DNA from: Paraspadella gotoi
Taxonomy: Eukaryota; Animalia; Chaetognatha
Assembly (NCBI GenBank): GCA_051294375.1
Contig: CM119266.1
Location: 17,044,087 to 17,108,086, forward strand
Direction of reading: 5' to 3'
Length of the DNA stretch: 64,000 nucleotides
Part shown: in pieces, positions 14,155 to 26,500 of the stretch
How positions within the stretch are numbered: position 1 is the first letter of the stretch
How the letters are laid out: every line of letters begins with the position of its first letter
Translations under genes and position numbers: made by a program
Notes under the pieces: generated by a model
The model's input: the letters and a program-made list of their open reading frames with translations, nothing else
Databases searched by the model: none
Told to the model about the DNA's origin: nothing

Positions 14155-15746
14155 TACAAAAAATAAAGTAATAAAAGAAAGAAATGAAGAGAAAACACAA
14201 ATGTAAGAAAAATATGAAGAAAGAACAATAACAAAGTATGAAAAAAAGAACAACTCCTCTTAATTAAAATGACGACAACAATGAAAATCAAAATATTTAA
14301 ACATAAAAAAAAATCTTAAAAGTATAGTGATCTCGTCATTTTTTACTATCAAAGAAAATTACCAAAATCTAATTTGCATATTGCAGTAAATCATAATTAA
14401 ATGGAAATTCAAACAAAAAATATTTTAAACGAAATGAAACAAAGAAAATGGACACACATTTCAACTTCCTCCACTGCCTCACTAATGAAACTCGATAACT
14501 AGATAGTTAAAGAGTCGAAAAAATGCTGCAAGTTAAAAAAATTATGTAAGTTAAAAAAAATTATGCAAGTATAAAAAATTACTAATACTTAAGGGAGTGG
14601 TCTTTTCATACAATTGAAACATTCTTTTTCTTTTTTTTTTTTTGTGTCTGAATTAATAAACAATCTAATAATTATAAATATAATAAAATTTTGAAATATT
14701 TCCACTTCATTGATAGAAAATCAGGTACTCTGGGAGTGAATAAACGAGACTGTGAGAGAGTCTTGATTGAAAGCTTGCATGGACCTGCTATGTCATTATC
14801 TTTGTAAGAGTGATGGAGGCTTTAAACCACCAAAGCCTGTCCAAAGTCAGGGGCAAGATAGCTTATTTATTAAATGAATGGATAATTTTTATATTGGTTG
14901 TACCAATTTCATAAAAAAATTATGCAAGTTGAAAAAATTATGCAAGTTGAAAAAATTATGCAAGTTAAGAAAATTATGCAAGTTAAAAAAATTATGCAAA
15001 TTGAAAAAATTATGCTAGTTGAAAAAATTATGCAAATTAAAAAAATTATGCAAATTGAAAAAAGTATACAAGTTGAAAAAATTATGCAAGTTAAAAAATA
15101 ATGCAAGTTGCAAAAAATTATGCAAATTGAAAAAAATATGCGAGTTGAAAATTAAGCAAGTTGAAAAAATTAAGCAAGTTAAAAAAATTATGCAAGTTGA
15201 AAAAATTATGCAAGTTAAGAAAATTATGCAAGTTAAAAAAATTATGCAAATGAAAAATTATGCTAGTTGAAAAATTATGCAAATTAAAAAAATTATGCAA
15301 TTGAAAAAAGTATACAAGTTGAAAAAATTATGCAAGTTAAAAAATAAGCAAGTTGCAAAAAATTATGCAAATTGAAAAAAATATGCGAGTTGAAAAATTA
15401 AACAAGTTGAAAAAATTAAGCAAGTTAAAAAATTATGCAAGTTAAAAAATTATGCAAGTTGTGAAAAATTATGCAAGTTTAAAAAAGTATGCAAGTTGGC
15501 AAGATCAAAAGTGTGATGCCAACGACAACGACGACGACGACGTCACAAATCAGAATCAGAAGCAATAGCGACGGAGAAAAGAGAGAGAGAGAGAGAATAT
15601 ATAATTAAAAGAGAGATAGAGAAGCTGAACTCGTCCGGGAGCCTCGGAGGTAGCGCGAGCACCTCCCAATCCAAAGGACTCGGGTTCGCGCCCTGCTGAT
15701 GCAAAAAAAAAACTGAATAACAATTTTTTTGTAAAAAAAAAAGGAA

Positions 15747-15781
<35 letters not shown>

Positions 15782-16931
15782 AGGGAGAGAGAGGGAGAAA
15801 GAGAGAGAGAGAGAGAGTTTTCCCACCAACGAGACGCATTATTAGGTCACTCTCGTTTATATCGGTTATCCGTTGCCTCGCAACGGTGTCGTGAAATTGG
15901 GTCATGTTGATTTTTTTTTATACACGTAACGCATTATTAGTCATGTTCCTCGACATTGTTTACTTGTTGCCCCGCAACGACCACGAAATCTAGGTTAAGT
16001 AAGTTATTGTATTTTGGGATTTTGTATTGAGATAAAATAATAAATAGCGATAATAAAAGTTTTTAGAAGGAAAAAAAATAATCAGAGTTTTCAAAAAACG
16101 AACGATCACACAAAAGATATACAGAGAGAGAGACAACACACGAGAGAGACAGAAGAGAATAAGAGAGAGACACACACAGAGAGACAGAAAGAGAGACAGA
16201 GAGGAGAGAGAGACAGAGAGAGACCACAAAAATAGTTAGAACGTGATAGAAATAAAATTGAGAATCCCTATTAACAAAAATATATAGTTGACAATACTCA
16301 GTTAACGACTATGATATTTTTGATTTCCAAATATTTTTTTTACTTATCAAAAAAAAATTTATTTCTTCATTTTAATAAATTTTAATCTTGAATAAAAATT
16401 TTGATTGTTCTTTTTTTAGGAAGAAACCAGACCGAGGTCAATTTTATATTTGCAATATTTAATTAATTTATAAATAGTTAACAAAACTAAAATAATTATT
16501 AGTTTTAAAAAAAGATAAAAATGATTTAATATATACACTAAAAATATTTATACATTAATAATAGTACAAATTATCAGAATAACAAAAAAGTAATGTTTAA
16601 TTTGACTATATCTCTCTTCTCGACTCCTATTTTAGATATAATTTGCTAAATGGGCCGACCGTCCAAAGTTACAGTAATAAATAAAAACAAAAAAAATTCT
16701 TTTTTTAAAAAATGATAAATACATACATACAGGTATCGCCTACCTGTCACATTAGCTGATGCACATGTGACACTGCATGTCATTATACGTTATTCTGAAA
16801 TGTAAACACAAAAGTCTCGGATGTTTGGGTTTTGTATTAAAAAAAATGGCGATAATAAAAGTTTTTAAAAGGAAAAAAATAACCAGAATTTTTCAAAAAA
16901 CGAACGATCACGCAAGAGATCGTACAGAGAG

Positions 16932-16962
<31 letters not shown>

Positions 16963-17150
16963 AAGAAGCTGAAGTGAAGCTGAAAAAGCGCGGAACTAGT
17001 TTACTCGTCGCCGAGTGACGGTGGTGAAAAAAAGTGACTAAAATTTTTTTTATGTAAAAAAAAAGAGATAGAGAGAGAGAGAGAGAAAGAGACAGATAAG
17101 AGAGAAGATAGAGAGAGAGAGAGAGATGAGAAGAGAGAGAGGAGAGCGAG

Positions 17151-17183
<33 letters not shown>

Positions 17184-17273
17184 GATAGAGAGAGAGAGGC
17201 CGGAACTCGGTGGTGAAAAAAAGTGACTAAAATTAAAAAAAAAAAAAAGAGATAGAGAGAGTGAGAGAGAGAG

Positions 17274-17315
<42 letters not shown>

Positions 17316-18590
17316 CCCGCCAACGATACGCAATATTAGGTCACTCTCGTTTATATCGGTTATCCGTTGCCTAGCAACGGCGACGTGACTCGGTCAAGTT
17401 GATTTTTTTTATACACGTAACGTTTCCGTTGCCATCAAAACGCGTTATTAGGTCATGTTCCTCGACATAGTTGGTTGAAATGCAGGTCAAGTAAGATATT
17501 CTTAACATTTTCTCCAAAAAATCCATAAGAATCTTGGATGTAAATTTGGATTTTGTATTGTGAAAAAAGCGCGGAATAAATGGCAATAATAAAAGTTTTT
17601 AGAAGGAAAAAAATAATCAGAATTTTTCAAAAAACGAACGATCAGGCATGAGATCGATCAGAGAGAGAGAGAAAGAGAGACAAATATATATATATAATTT
17701 AAGAAATAAAAGAAAGGCAAAAAATGTTACAATGGTTTACAATTGGAAATTTTTCAATTTTTTCCAATCGCAGCTTGTAAAAGATTTTATTTTTATTTGT
17801 ATTAAAATTAAGATATAGCTTCTCATTAAAAAAATCCTTTGAGTTCCCATTTTTATTAGAAATTTAAAAAAAAAATTTTTGAATTTCATCTTCAATATTA
17901 TATACTGCAATATGTCAATTAGATTTAAGCATTTCTATATACTAATTTGGATATTATAATGAGTACTATAATCTCATTGCATATTGCAGTAAATCATAAT
18001 GAAGTGGAAATTCAAACAAAAAATACTTAATTCCAAATGTAATAAGAAAATATCAAAGCTATTTCAAAATGAGAAGCCATATCTAAATTTTTTAACTTAC
18101 TATGATTGCACACTTTTGTAAAACTTATCATAATTCATAATAATTTTTATTTAAAAAAAAACGGTAAGTCACAGCCAAACCTATAAAAGCGTAGTAGTTT
18201 TTATATAACAAAACAGCGTGACGGACGACGACGACGACGACTACGTCACAAAGAAGCAACCCTAAAACATTATAGAGCCTGACCCGGCTTCGCCGGTCAA
18301 GGCTCGATAAAAAAAATCTTAAAAGCATAAGGAATCGAGCCTACTTTATGATACATATTGATCCGATGATAACCAAATATTGATGCGATGATAACCAATA
18401 ATTGATGCGATGATAAAAATAACTGATGTGATGATAATCAAATGATTGATGCGATGATAGTCATTCATTGATTGTGATGATAATCATTCATTGATATGAT
18501 GATAATCATTCATTGATGCGATGATAGTCATTCATTGACGCGATGAGTCATTCATCGTAAATAAAACAAACAAATGCGTGTATGAATGAA

Positions 18591-18626
<36 letters not shown>

Positions 18627-19555
18627 GAGATGAGATGAGGTGGTCAGTTTTCACTCTCGTTTATATAAAGTATAATCAGAAGCTGGACCGCCCTGCAGAG
18701 CTGAACTCGTTTTTTCGACGTATCTGAGTAGGGACGAACCTCTTTTCCTTTCCTTTGAATGAAATTTTTAGATTGTTCTTTTTTTTAAGAAGAAACCAGA
18801 CGGGTCAAATTTCATATTTGCATATTTAACTAATTTATAAATATTTTATCCCAACTCAAATAATTATTATTTTAAAAAGAATAAAAATGATTAAATATAT
18901 ACACTAAAAAAAATTTACAATTTTAAAATTGTAAAAATTATTGAATAACAAAAAAATAATGTTTAATTTGACAATATCTCTCTTCTCAACTCCTATTTTA
19001 GATATAATTTGCCAATAGTGGGCCGACCGGTCCAAAGTTACAGTAATAAACAAAAACAAAAAAAATTTTTTTGTTAGAAAGTTATATATGTAATTAAATT
19101 AATCCGCGCAATTGCCGGACATATAGCAGCTATATGTACAGCAGCAAGCTGATGTACATGTGACATTGCCTGATTATAAGTTATTTTTCCTTTTTCTAAA
19201 AGGAATCCATGAAAATCTCGGATGTAAATTTGGATTTGTATAGAGAAAAAAAAATAAATGGCGATAATAAAAGTTTTAGAAGGAAAAAAATAATAAGAAT
19301 TTTTCAAAAAACGAACGGTCGTACATAGAGAGAGAGACAGAAGAGAGAGAGAGAGATGAAAAAAAAAAAAAACAAATATTTTTTTTGTAAAAAAAAAAAA
19401 AGAGAGAGAGAGAGAAGAGATAGAGAGAGCCGGAACTCGTTTACTCGTCGCGCAGTGACGGAGGTAAAAAAAAGGTGACTAAAAATTATTTTTGTACAAA
19501 AAAAAGAGAAGAAAGAGAGAAAGAGAGAGAGAGACAGATAGAGAGAAAGATAGAT

Positions 19556-19588
<33 letters not shown>

Positions 19589-19664
19589 CCGGAACACGTT
19601 GTTACTCGTTTACAAGTGAATAAATTTTTTTTTGTAAAAAAAAAAAGAGAGAGAGAGTGAGAGA

Positions 19665-19757
<93 letters not shown>

Positions 19758-20092
19758 TTTTCCCGCCAACGATACGCAATATTAGGTCACTCTTGTTTAT
19801 ATCGCGTGATCTCGGTCAAGTTGATTTTTTTATACACGTAACGCGTTATTAGGTCATGTTCCTCGACATGTTTTACTCGCTTGCCCCGCAACGGCCACGA
19901 AATCCAGGTGAAGTTAGTTATTCTTCACATTTTCTCAAAAAAATCCACAAAATCTCAGATGTAAATTTGGGATTTTGTATTGAGAAAGAAGCCGCGAATA
20001 AATGGCGATAATAAAAGTTTTTAGAAGGAAAGAAATAATAAGAATTTTTCAAAAAACGGTGGTAAAACAAAGTGAATAATTTTTTTTTTGTA

Positions 20093-20146
<54 letters not shown>

Positions 20147-23068
20147 GGAGGGAACGGAGGGAGAGAGAGAGGAAGCCTGAACTCGTTTTTTTTAAACGAT
20201 TCAGAAAAGGCAGCGCCTGATCAAATATATATGTTTTTAGAAAGAAAAAAATAATCAGAATTTTTCAAAAAACGAACGATCACGCAAGATACGCACACAA
20301 AGAGAGACAGAGAGAAACTGAACTCGTTTTTAAACGATTCAGAAAAGGCAGCGCCTAAAAAAATATATATATAATTAAAAAATAAATAAAAGAAAGGCAA
20401 AAAATGTTACAATGTTTACAATTGGAAACTTTTCCAATTTTTTCCAATCGCAGCGCTTGTAAAGAGTTTATTTTTTATTTGTATTAAAATTAAGATATAG
20501 CTTCTCATTAAAAAAATCCTTTGAGTTCCCATTTTTATTAGAAATTTAAAAAAATTTTTTGAATTTCATCTTCAATTTATATACTGCAATATGTAAATTA
20601 GCTTAAAGCATTTCTATATACTAATTTGGAATTTATAATGAGTACTATAATTCATTTGCATATTGCAGTAAATCATAATGAAGTGGAAATTCAAACAAAA
20701 AATACTTAAATCCAAATGTAATATGAAAATATCACAGCTATTTCAAGATGAAAAGCCATATCTAAATTTTTAACTTACTATGATCGCACACTTTTGTAAA
20801 ACTTTATCATAATTCATAATAATTTTTTATTTTAAAAAAAACGGTAAGTCACAGCCAAACCTATAAAAGCGTAGTAGTTTTTATATATGAAAACAGCGTG
20901 ACCACGACGACGACGACGACGACGTCACAAAGAAGCAACCCTAAAACATTATAGAGCCTGACCCGGCTTCGCCGTCAAGGGCTCGATAATTATCTAAAAT
21001 ATCGCGAGCGGAACAGACACTGTGTTTGTTTAAACTGGTTATGAATGTTACTTACATTCCTATTACAACTTAGGAGTATGTTCAACCTACCTTTCGCATT
21101 TCAAAAACTGTAAACTGCTCGTAAAAAAGATCAACGTTCCTGTCTTCGCAAGAGCCGGAAGGATTACACTTCCCAAAAATCCTCAAACTCCAATCATCAT
21201 GATAGGTTTAAACAAATTTATGAAAAAGCTTTTTTAAGATGGTAATTTTAAGATTCTTTTGTGCGATTCCCAGGGGCGGGTACCGGATTGGCGCCTTTTA
21301 TCGGCTTCCTCCAAGACAGGCAAAAGGATAAAGAGTTTGGCGTTTCCATCGGTAACGCGGTACTTTTCTTCGGCTGCAGATCGGTGAAAGAGGTATACAA
21401 AGTTTAAACTTTTTTCTTGACCAGATCTGTATTTTGTAAAAGAACGCAACGGAATTACCGTTATTGTCTCAATACATTGACGACAATATTTTTAATATTA
21501 AGTTCAATGTAAATCGGACCATGCATAAAAAAAACTTTAGAAAATCCACCTGTTCGACGGAATATTTTCTACTTTCTCTTTTAGTCCTGTTCGTTTGACG
21601 TCTCCTCTAGGAAAATATTCTTCGTCTTTTCTCTGCATTTTCATAGCCTACATTGTAATTATTTTTTTCCCTTCATCCCTCAGGACTTCATTTACAGGTC
21701 ATTCCTAGAGCAAATGAGGAACAATCACGTTTTGACAGAGCTCTACGTCGCCTTCTCACGAGATCAGACGGAGAAGTCATACGTTCAGCATCTCATCGAA
21801 GCAAGGACGGAAAAAATTTGGGATTTGATCGTGAGCACAGAAAATATTTAAAAAAGTTAATTTCTTTCTTTTTTTGAATAGAATTGCCAAACGTTCTCAT
21901 ATTAGTTTTGTTTCATTGCGCAGCTTACTATGATCATTTTTCATTATTTTTGTTTTTTTTCGGTTTGCTTTATTGTCTTTTATTTACTAATTTTGATATT
22001 TATTGCATTGCGCGTTTCTTAAAGTATTTAAAGTATTTTTTTTCAAAAGACGCCAAAACCCGGGTCGGCGAAAGAAAAATTTTACCAAAATATTTTCTTT
22101 ACTTTTTATTTGCGCCGCGAGTACTCGCGGTGCAACTCTAGAAGTCACTTGTCGGTCGGTCGGTCGTTTTTACGTTAAAAAAGTTAGGGTTGGGGGAGAG
22201 ACACGGAGTTGAAGGGGAGGCCCGGGTAAGGTTAACCGCGAAGGCGGTTAGGGTTAGGGTTGAGGCACGATGATGTAAGGGAGGCTCGGGCCTGTGTTAG
22301 GGTTGGGGAGAGACACGAAGATGTATGGAAGGCCCGGGTTAGGGTTAGGGGAGAGGCCCGCGGATGATACGGTGAAGGCGATTAGGGTTAGGGTTGAGGC
22401 ATCGGGACGTACGGTTATGGTTAGTGTTGAGGGAGGGGCCCGCGGGTGATGCGTTCATCCCCGTGTCTCAACATCAGTCGTGAGCCTCTCTTCGCGCCTT
22501 TCATTAAACTCGATACTTTTATCATTGGCGAGGTCGCTAGTGAAAGTACGAGCGATACCGCCAGGGCCATGGCGAAGTCGCCAACCAACTAGAACCACGT
22601 TTTAAATTATTTTTTGCTTTTTCAAATTAAAAATAGCCAAGCATTGGGATTTTTATCTTAATTAAGTTAATGCATTAAATTTTTTTGGAAAGTAGAGACA
22701 TTTTTTATTTCTTACATAATAATGTGTAATTGACTTTAGGAACATCAAAGTGCATGGGTATACGTTGCTGGAGATGCTCGTCGAATGGCGGGAGATGTCC
22801 GAAGTGCGATCGGAAAAATTGGAGTGGTGATTACTATGTTTAACTGAAACGATTGTTAAAAGCCTCATTTTTACTAATTGATTCATTTTGCATAACAGTC
22901 AAAATTCGAGTTTAATTGGGCCTCATTAACTTCTCCAAATGGAAATATATCTTACTTTAAATTGCTTTAAATCGGTCTGCGTTAAGAAGTTATAATAAAT
23001 TATCAAAAATGCTGAAAGATGGCACGCTTACCAGCACGGGTCGTCTGCGTGTGACTTCCTACACCTGA
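4651..23068 (+). CDS. NADPH-cytochrome P450 reductase-like diflavin (FMN/FAD) oxidoreductase, divergent; about 17 exons
   Basis: Exons: 4651-4726 (tentative), 5010-5064 FYGSQSGTA, 5125-5194, 5257-5361 STYGDG, 7885-7972 [11 protein letters not shown], 9828-9996, 10376-10563, 10637-10742 [10 protein letters not shown], 11556-11725, 12694-12850, 13033-13127 PRFYSISSS, 13190-13237, 21074-21205 GVCSTYL, 21274-21392 [13 protein letters not shown], 21684-21830 AFSRDQ..YVQH, 22740-22826 YVAGD. The terminal exon(s) end GRLRVTSYT* (TGA 23066-23068). First and last junctions are uncertain. Confidence 0.9.
5820..6120. repeat. Interstitial degenerate TTAGGG-like repeat, G-rich half followed by C-rich half (foldback)
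   Basis: GGGTTAAGGTTAGGGTTGAGG then CCAACCCTAACCC; same layout at 38090-38360. Confidence 0.65.
6505..6662 (-). mobile_element. tRNA-derived SINE-like element with a decayed twister-like motif
   Basis: Minus strand: A-box-like TCAGCTCGTTTGG and B-box GTTCAATTCC, followed by TAA-TCAC-GT-CACTG-CAG-GTCCAAAGCC-CTG. Confidence 0.55.
7621..7826. repeat. ~69-bp inverted repeat (inverted Penelope-like pseudo-LTR)
   Basis: 7621-7689 is the near-perfect reverse complement of 7758-7826. Confidence 0.85.
7687..7722 (-). ncRNA. Minimal type I hammerhead ribozyme (Penelope pseudo-LTR type)
   Basis: Minus strand CTGATGA-A-GACTCTA(actg)TAGAGTC-GAAAC-AA-GTC; 7-bp stem II, bulged stem I. Confidence 0.8.
9467..9536. 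repeat. Palindromic junction of pseudo-LTR-like sequence
   Basis: AGGAATTATTTAGTTTAC..CAACGATTTT / AAAATCGTTG..GTAAACTAAATAATTCCT, followed by ACAACGAAAGAAAGGATTT, which also occurs near 51900, 55215 and 56300. Confidence 0.7.
14110..14155. repeat. (AAAG)n microsatellite
   Basis: Direct tandem AAAG units. Confidence 0.9.
14582..14912 (+). mobile_element. Twister-bearing retro-element, family 2 (type-P5 twister-like motif at ~14796-14862)
   Basis: GT-GA-TGGA-GGCTT-TAA-AC-C-AC-CAAAG-CCT-G-TCCA-AA-GT-C-AGG; shared 3' end ATAATTTTTATATTGGTTGTACCAATTTCAT. Confidence 0.75.
14913..15500. repeat. 18-bp satellite (AAAAAATTATGCAAGTTG) with a ~250-bp higher-order repeat
   Basis: About 32 monomers; diagnostic variants recur in the same order ~250 bp apart. 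Short arrays also at 11155-11245, 14520-14580 and 51140-51250. Confidence 0.9.
15520..20990 (+). mobile_element. Tandemly duplicated, GA-microsatellite-rich composite Helentron/HINE-like element filling the reductase intron
   Basis: Blocks 16410-16700 ~ 18780-19070 and 17700-18310 ~ 20385-20990. Both units end in (ACG)n..GAGCCTGACCCGGCTTCGCCG(G)TCAAGGCTC hairpin. An internal module recurs at 15820, 17310 and 19757. Confidence 0.75.
18350..18560. repeat. ~20-22 bp minisatellite (TGATGCGATGATAATCATTCAT)
   Basis: About 10 diverged tandem units. Confidence 0.8.
22185..22598 (+). mobile_element. Interspersed element with internal TTAGGG-like tandem units
   Basis: Reverse-complement copy at 54592-54990 shares the end GTGGTTCTAGTTGGTTGGCGA and the CCTAACCC arrays. 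Confidence 0.7.
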
Positions 23069-23215
23069 AGCTATTTTTTTATATTTGTATATATTTATAC
23101 TTTTTATCGTCTCTTTTACCGTCGCCTTCGTCGTCATCTAATTCTTTTAAAACTCTTTTCGCTAGTCGCGAGATTTTGTCATCCTTGGTGTGGTCCGGGC
23201 ATGACTTTCCATTTA

Positions 23216-23545
23216 TTAGTTGCGCCGCGAGTACTCGCGGAGCAACTCTATAAGTCACTTTTCGGTCGGTCTGTCGGTATGTTTGTCCGTCGGTCTGTCC
23301 CACTTACGTTAAAAATGCATATAATTTCCCTATAGTTGGTTGCTCATTAAGACAGAAAACAAATTCAAATCTCAGGGACTGCTATCGCCGCCTCTTGGAA
23401 ATCCTAACACTATAAGGAATAGAAGACGGAATTTTGATGCAGTGCATGTCATAAATACAAGGGCTAAGAAATGTCATGTCATGTCATATCTTGTCATATG
23501 TCACGAAAAATATACTCGATAAGGCAGTCACTGCGGCGCAACAAA
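23216..23545 (+). mobile_element. Helentron/HINE-like element with terminal palindrome
   Basis: TAGTTGCGCCGCGAGTACTCGCGGAGCAACT hairpin plus (GTCN)n. Copies at 22108-22175, 50560-50590 (reverse), 52795-52950 and 63020-63330. Confidence 0.7.
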
Positions 23546-26500
23546 TTTGAATTACCGTTCTTGTTTTGTTATGGTCTGGGGCATGACACTTTGTTTACTG
23601 ATCGCGCATGCCTTTTCCATGCGAATACACATTCAACATTATAGAAGATTGTTCGCGTTTTTTCTCTCGGCTAGTCATCGTACTAAGTCGTGGGAAACAT
23701 CCTCTTCAACTTTTATGTCATGAGTAAATTTATGTTGCTTTTCAGAATTTTGGCCATTACTCGTCGCCGGATGAATATATTGAGTCACTCAAATCTCAAG
23801 GTCGATATCAAGAGGACACTTGGACGTCTTTATATGAACACACCACATGATATCATAATTTTATTGTTTTCCTTCATGTACAATATTATAAAAAAAGGTT
23901 TTTCACTTTTTGTCCAATTTGTTAGGAATAGGATAGTTTCTTAGTAAACCGTAAAAGATTCTTTTTTCTTTTTTCTTTGCAATTACTCTGCAATTATGAA
24001 ATCATACGTTATTTGTCAATTCCTATAAATAATAATTATTAGGTGACATGTGGCAGTCTCAAAGACAAACGCGCGACGTTTCGAGTAAGAAAACTTTTAA
24101 TGAATTAAATTTCTTAAAAAATATTTCTGGTAAGGGAAATTAAGTTTGTCATTTCGGATTCGGAAGGAGGCACTAGTTTTGGCGGATATGTTTTTAACTA
24201 CGCAAAAACGTTCATTGTCAATAAATTAAAATGATAAATGTAATATTATTGATTGATTAATGAAAAAAATATTAAAGATACGGTCAGTGCTTGACCATAT
24301 ACTTGTGGCAACACATTTTCGCGATCCGCCTGATGACATCAGAGAAACCTCGGTGACGTTAGAGTGAGCGGCCTTGGGTTCGCGCCCCATTGCCTATGTC
24401 ATACGCAATTACGCATTGGTATCTAGGCTAATAAGCGGAACGGGACGTTTAACCCACGCACAGGGCTAGTCGGACTGTTTAATAACTGTTTAAATCTGTT
24501 TAGATCTGTTTAATAACTGGCGGTAATCTGTCATGTCTGTATTGCACTACATATATATTTAAGGTATATGAAAATGTGACAAAAATATTATTTTCGGAGA
24601 CAAAGCTTGACGGTGCTAGAATAAATATATATAGATTACAGTGACTAAGAAGTGAGTGGGTCGCCATGCCCCTTTGTCAGTATGGGTCCCCAGCACGCTG
24701 AGAATGCTCAATGAGTCTGGGAAATCTTTCCCGTCTGTTGCCATGCTTTCCAGAAATTCGGTTTTGGAGGAAGGCTCATGGTTTAACCGGCCCGTCACTC
24801 TTTGCATAGACCGTTCCAACCAAGGCTAAAACCGGGGATGATGCAGTAATTCCCCACATTTCCTAATGAAACCATTTGGATGGGCGAGACCTAAAATATA
24901 CTCGCTTTATTGCCTATTTATAGGCAAGTTAGCAATTAAATTTATATATATTATTTTATGTTCTTCTCCTCTTTTTATCAATTCTCCTTGTGACATGCTC
25001 ATTTCTATTCCATGCCCGCTCCTCCTCTGATAGATTTCTCCCTTCCTTTCCAGCTCTATACTCATTCGTTGCCGACGCTTTTTCCCTTTTCTCACTCTCC
25101 TTTCACTTACGGCCTCCACGAGCACGCGCTCTTTTCTTCCCGACTCTCTCCTGCAAATGTCATCTTCTTCTTCCTCTTCTGCTGTTCGTCCTCCTCTCGC
25201 CGAGCGACTCATAATACACAATGGAAAATAAAGGTCTGAACCGCCACTGCGCCTTTTTTTTTTCTCTCCTCCAGAAAAATAAATAAAATTAAATGCATTC
25301 ATAAACATCTGTCCATCTCTGTGCTTACTTATTTATCGGCTCTGCGTCTTTTTCTTTTTTTTTTAGGGGGGGGGAGATAACTCATAACCGATGACCTAGT
25401 TTGAACGCTGTGCTACAAAATATGTTGCGATATAATGTCACTCGCTGTTTTATTGCTGAGCTCGAATTATCACATCGTTTTGTCCGTTTAAAAAAAAAAA
25501 AAATCATGATTCACACTTTTTTATTTACATATTATTTTTTTTCGTTTAAAACGATTTTGAAAAAAATACAGATAAATATATTAATTTTTTCAAAAAAAAA
25601 GTACTATAAATTGAGTAGCTTAAATGGTATCAGAAATAATATAATTATTTAAAATTAAGTAGATTGAAACGAGGATGGAAAATTTTTTTTTTTCCCCGAC
25701 TGGAAGCAGGATGAACGCTGTCATGCTCGAGGAGCAGAGCGTCGTTCCAACTGGCTAAAGGGTTTTTGGGACCCTTTCCCTCTCGGATACTTGGGATTGG
25801 CTGAAATATAGCTGTTTGAGGCGGCTTAAACTCTTCTCTTTCTCTGTATACAGCATTGATCACACTCGCTAAATGGCTCCTAAAATCTCGGCGGTTTCTC
25901 CGTTTAGTTGACCCTGTTGTGTATTGTGTTTTATGTCGTAAGCTGGATCGACTCGCGAATTAAGCTCTACCCCTCGTACTTTCCTATAATTTAATATGTA
26001 TAAATTCTAAAAATTTGTTTATAAATTTTTCCATTTAAAAATGAAATGCTTTTTTGTTTATAATAAACTATAAGGTTCCCCTCCGTCCACGAGCTCGTGC
26101 CTCCCATACGTCTGTCACATGTAAAAGTGTAGAGGTGAATTTCTGCTACATTCTTGGGGGACGCCGTTCACCCGTTCTCCCGTTTTTCAACTGTCTTGCT
26201 TTCCCTTTCACCCTTTTACGCAATTACACGATTTGTCGCCGAATTGTGCATCCAAAAGGCAAAGGGTTTGCGAAGGATTCATCTTTCAAGTCTTTGCTGT
26301 AGACTAGAGATTGGAAGCGTGGGCCATTTCGTCTGATACTAACCTCTACTGTTGCTAAAGGATAGATAGGGCGGCCTCAACATATCAAGCCACCGTGAGA
26401 TCTTTAGCGCGATCTGATAGTGCGAGTTTTACTCAAATTCCCTCAATTTCTTTTCTAATGTCGTCTTTGGTGAAGGATTTCGAGAGCGAAGTTGTGAAGC

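Noticed and set aside
15543-20254. SL/RE-rich ORFs
   Set aside because: Translations of (GA)n/(CT)n microsatellites.
22185-22440. True telomere or chromosome-fusion site
   Set aside because: Repeats are degenerate, intronic and embedded in a dispersed element.
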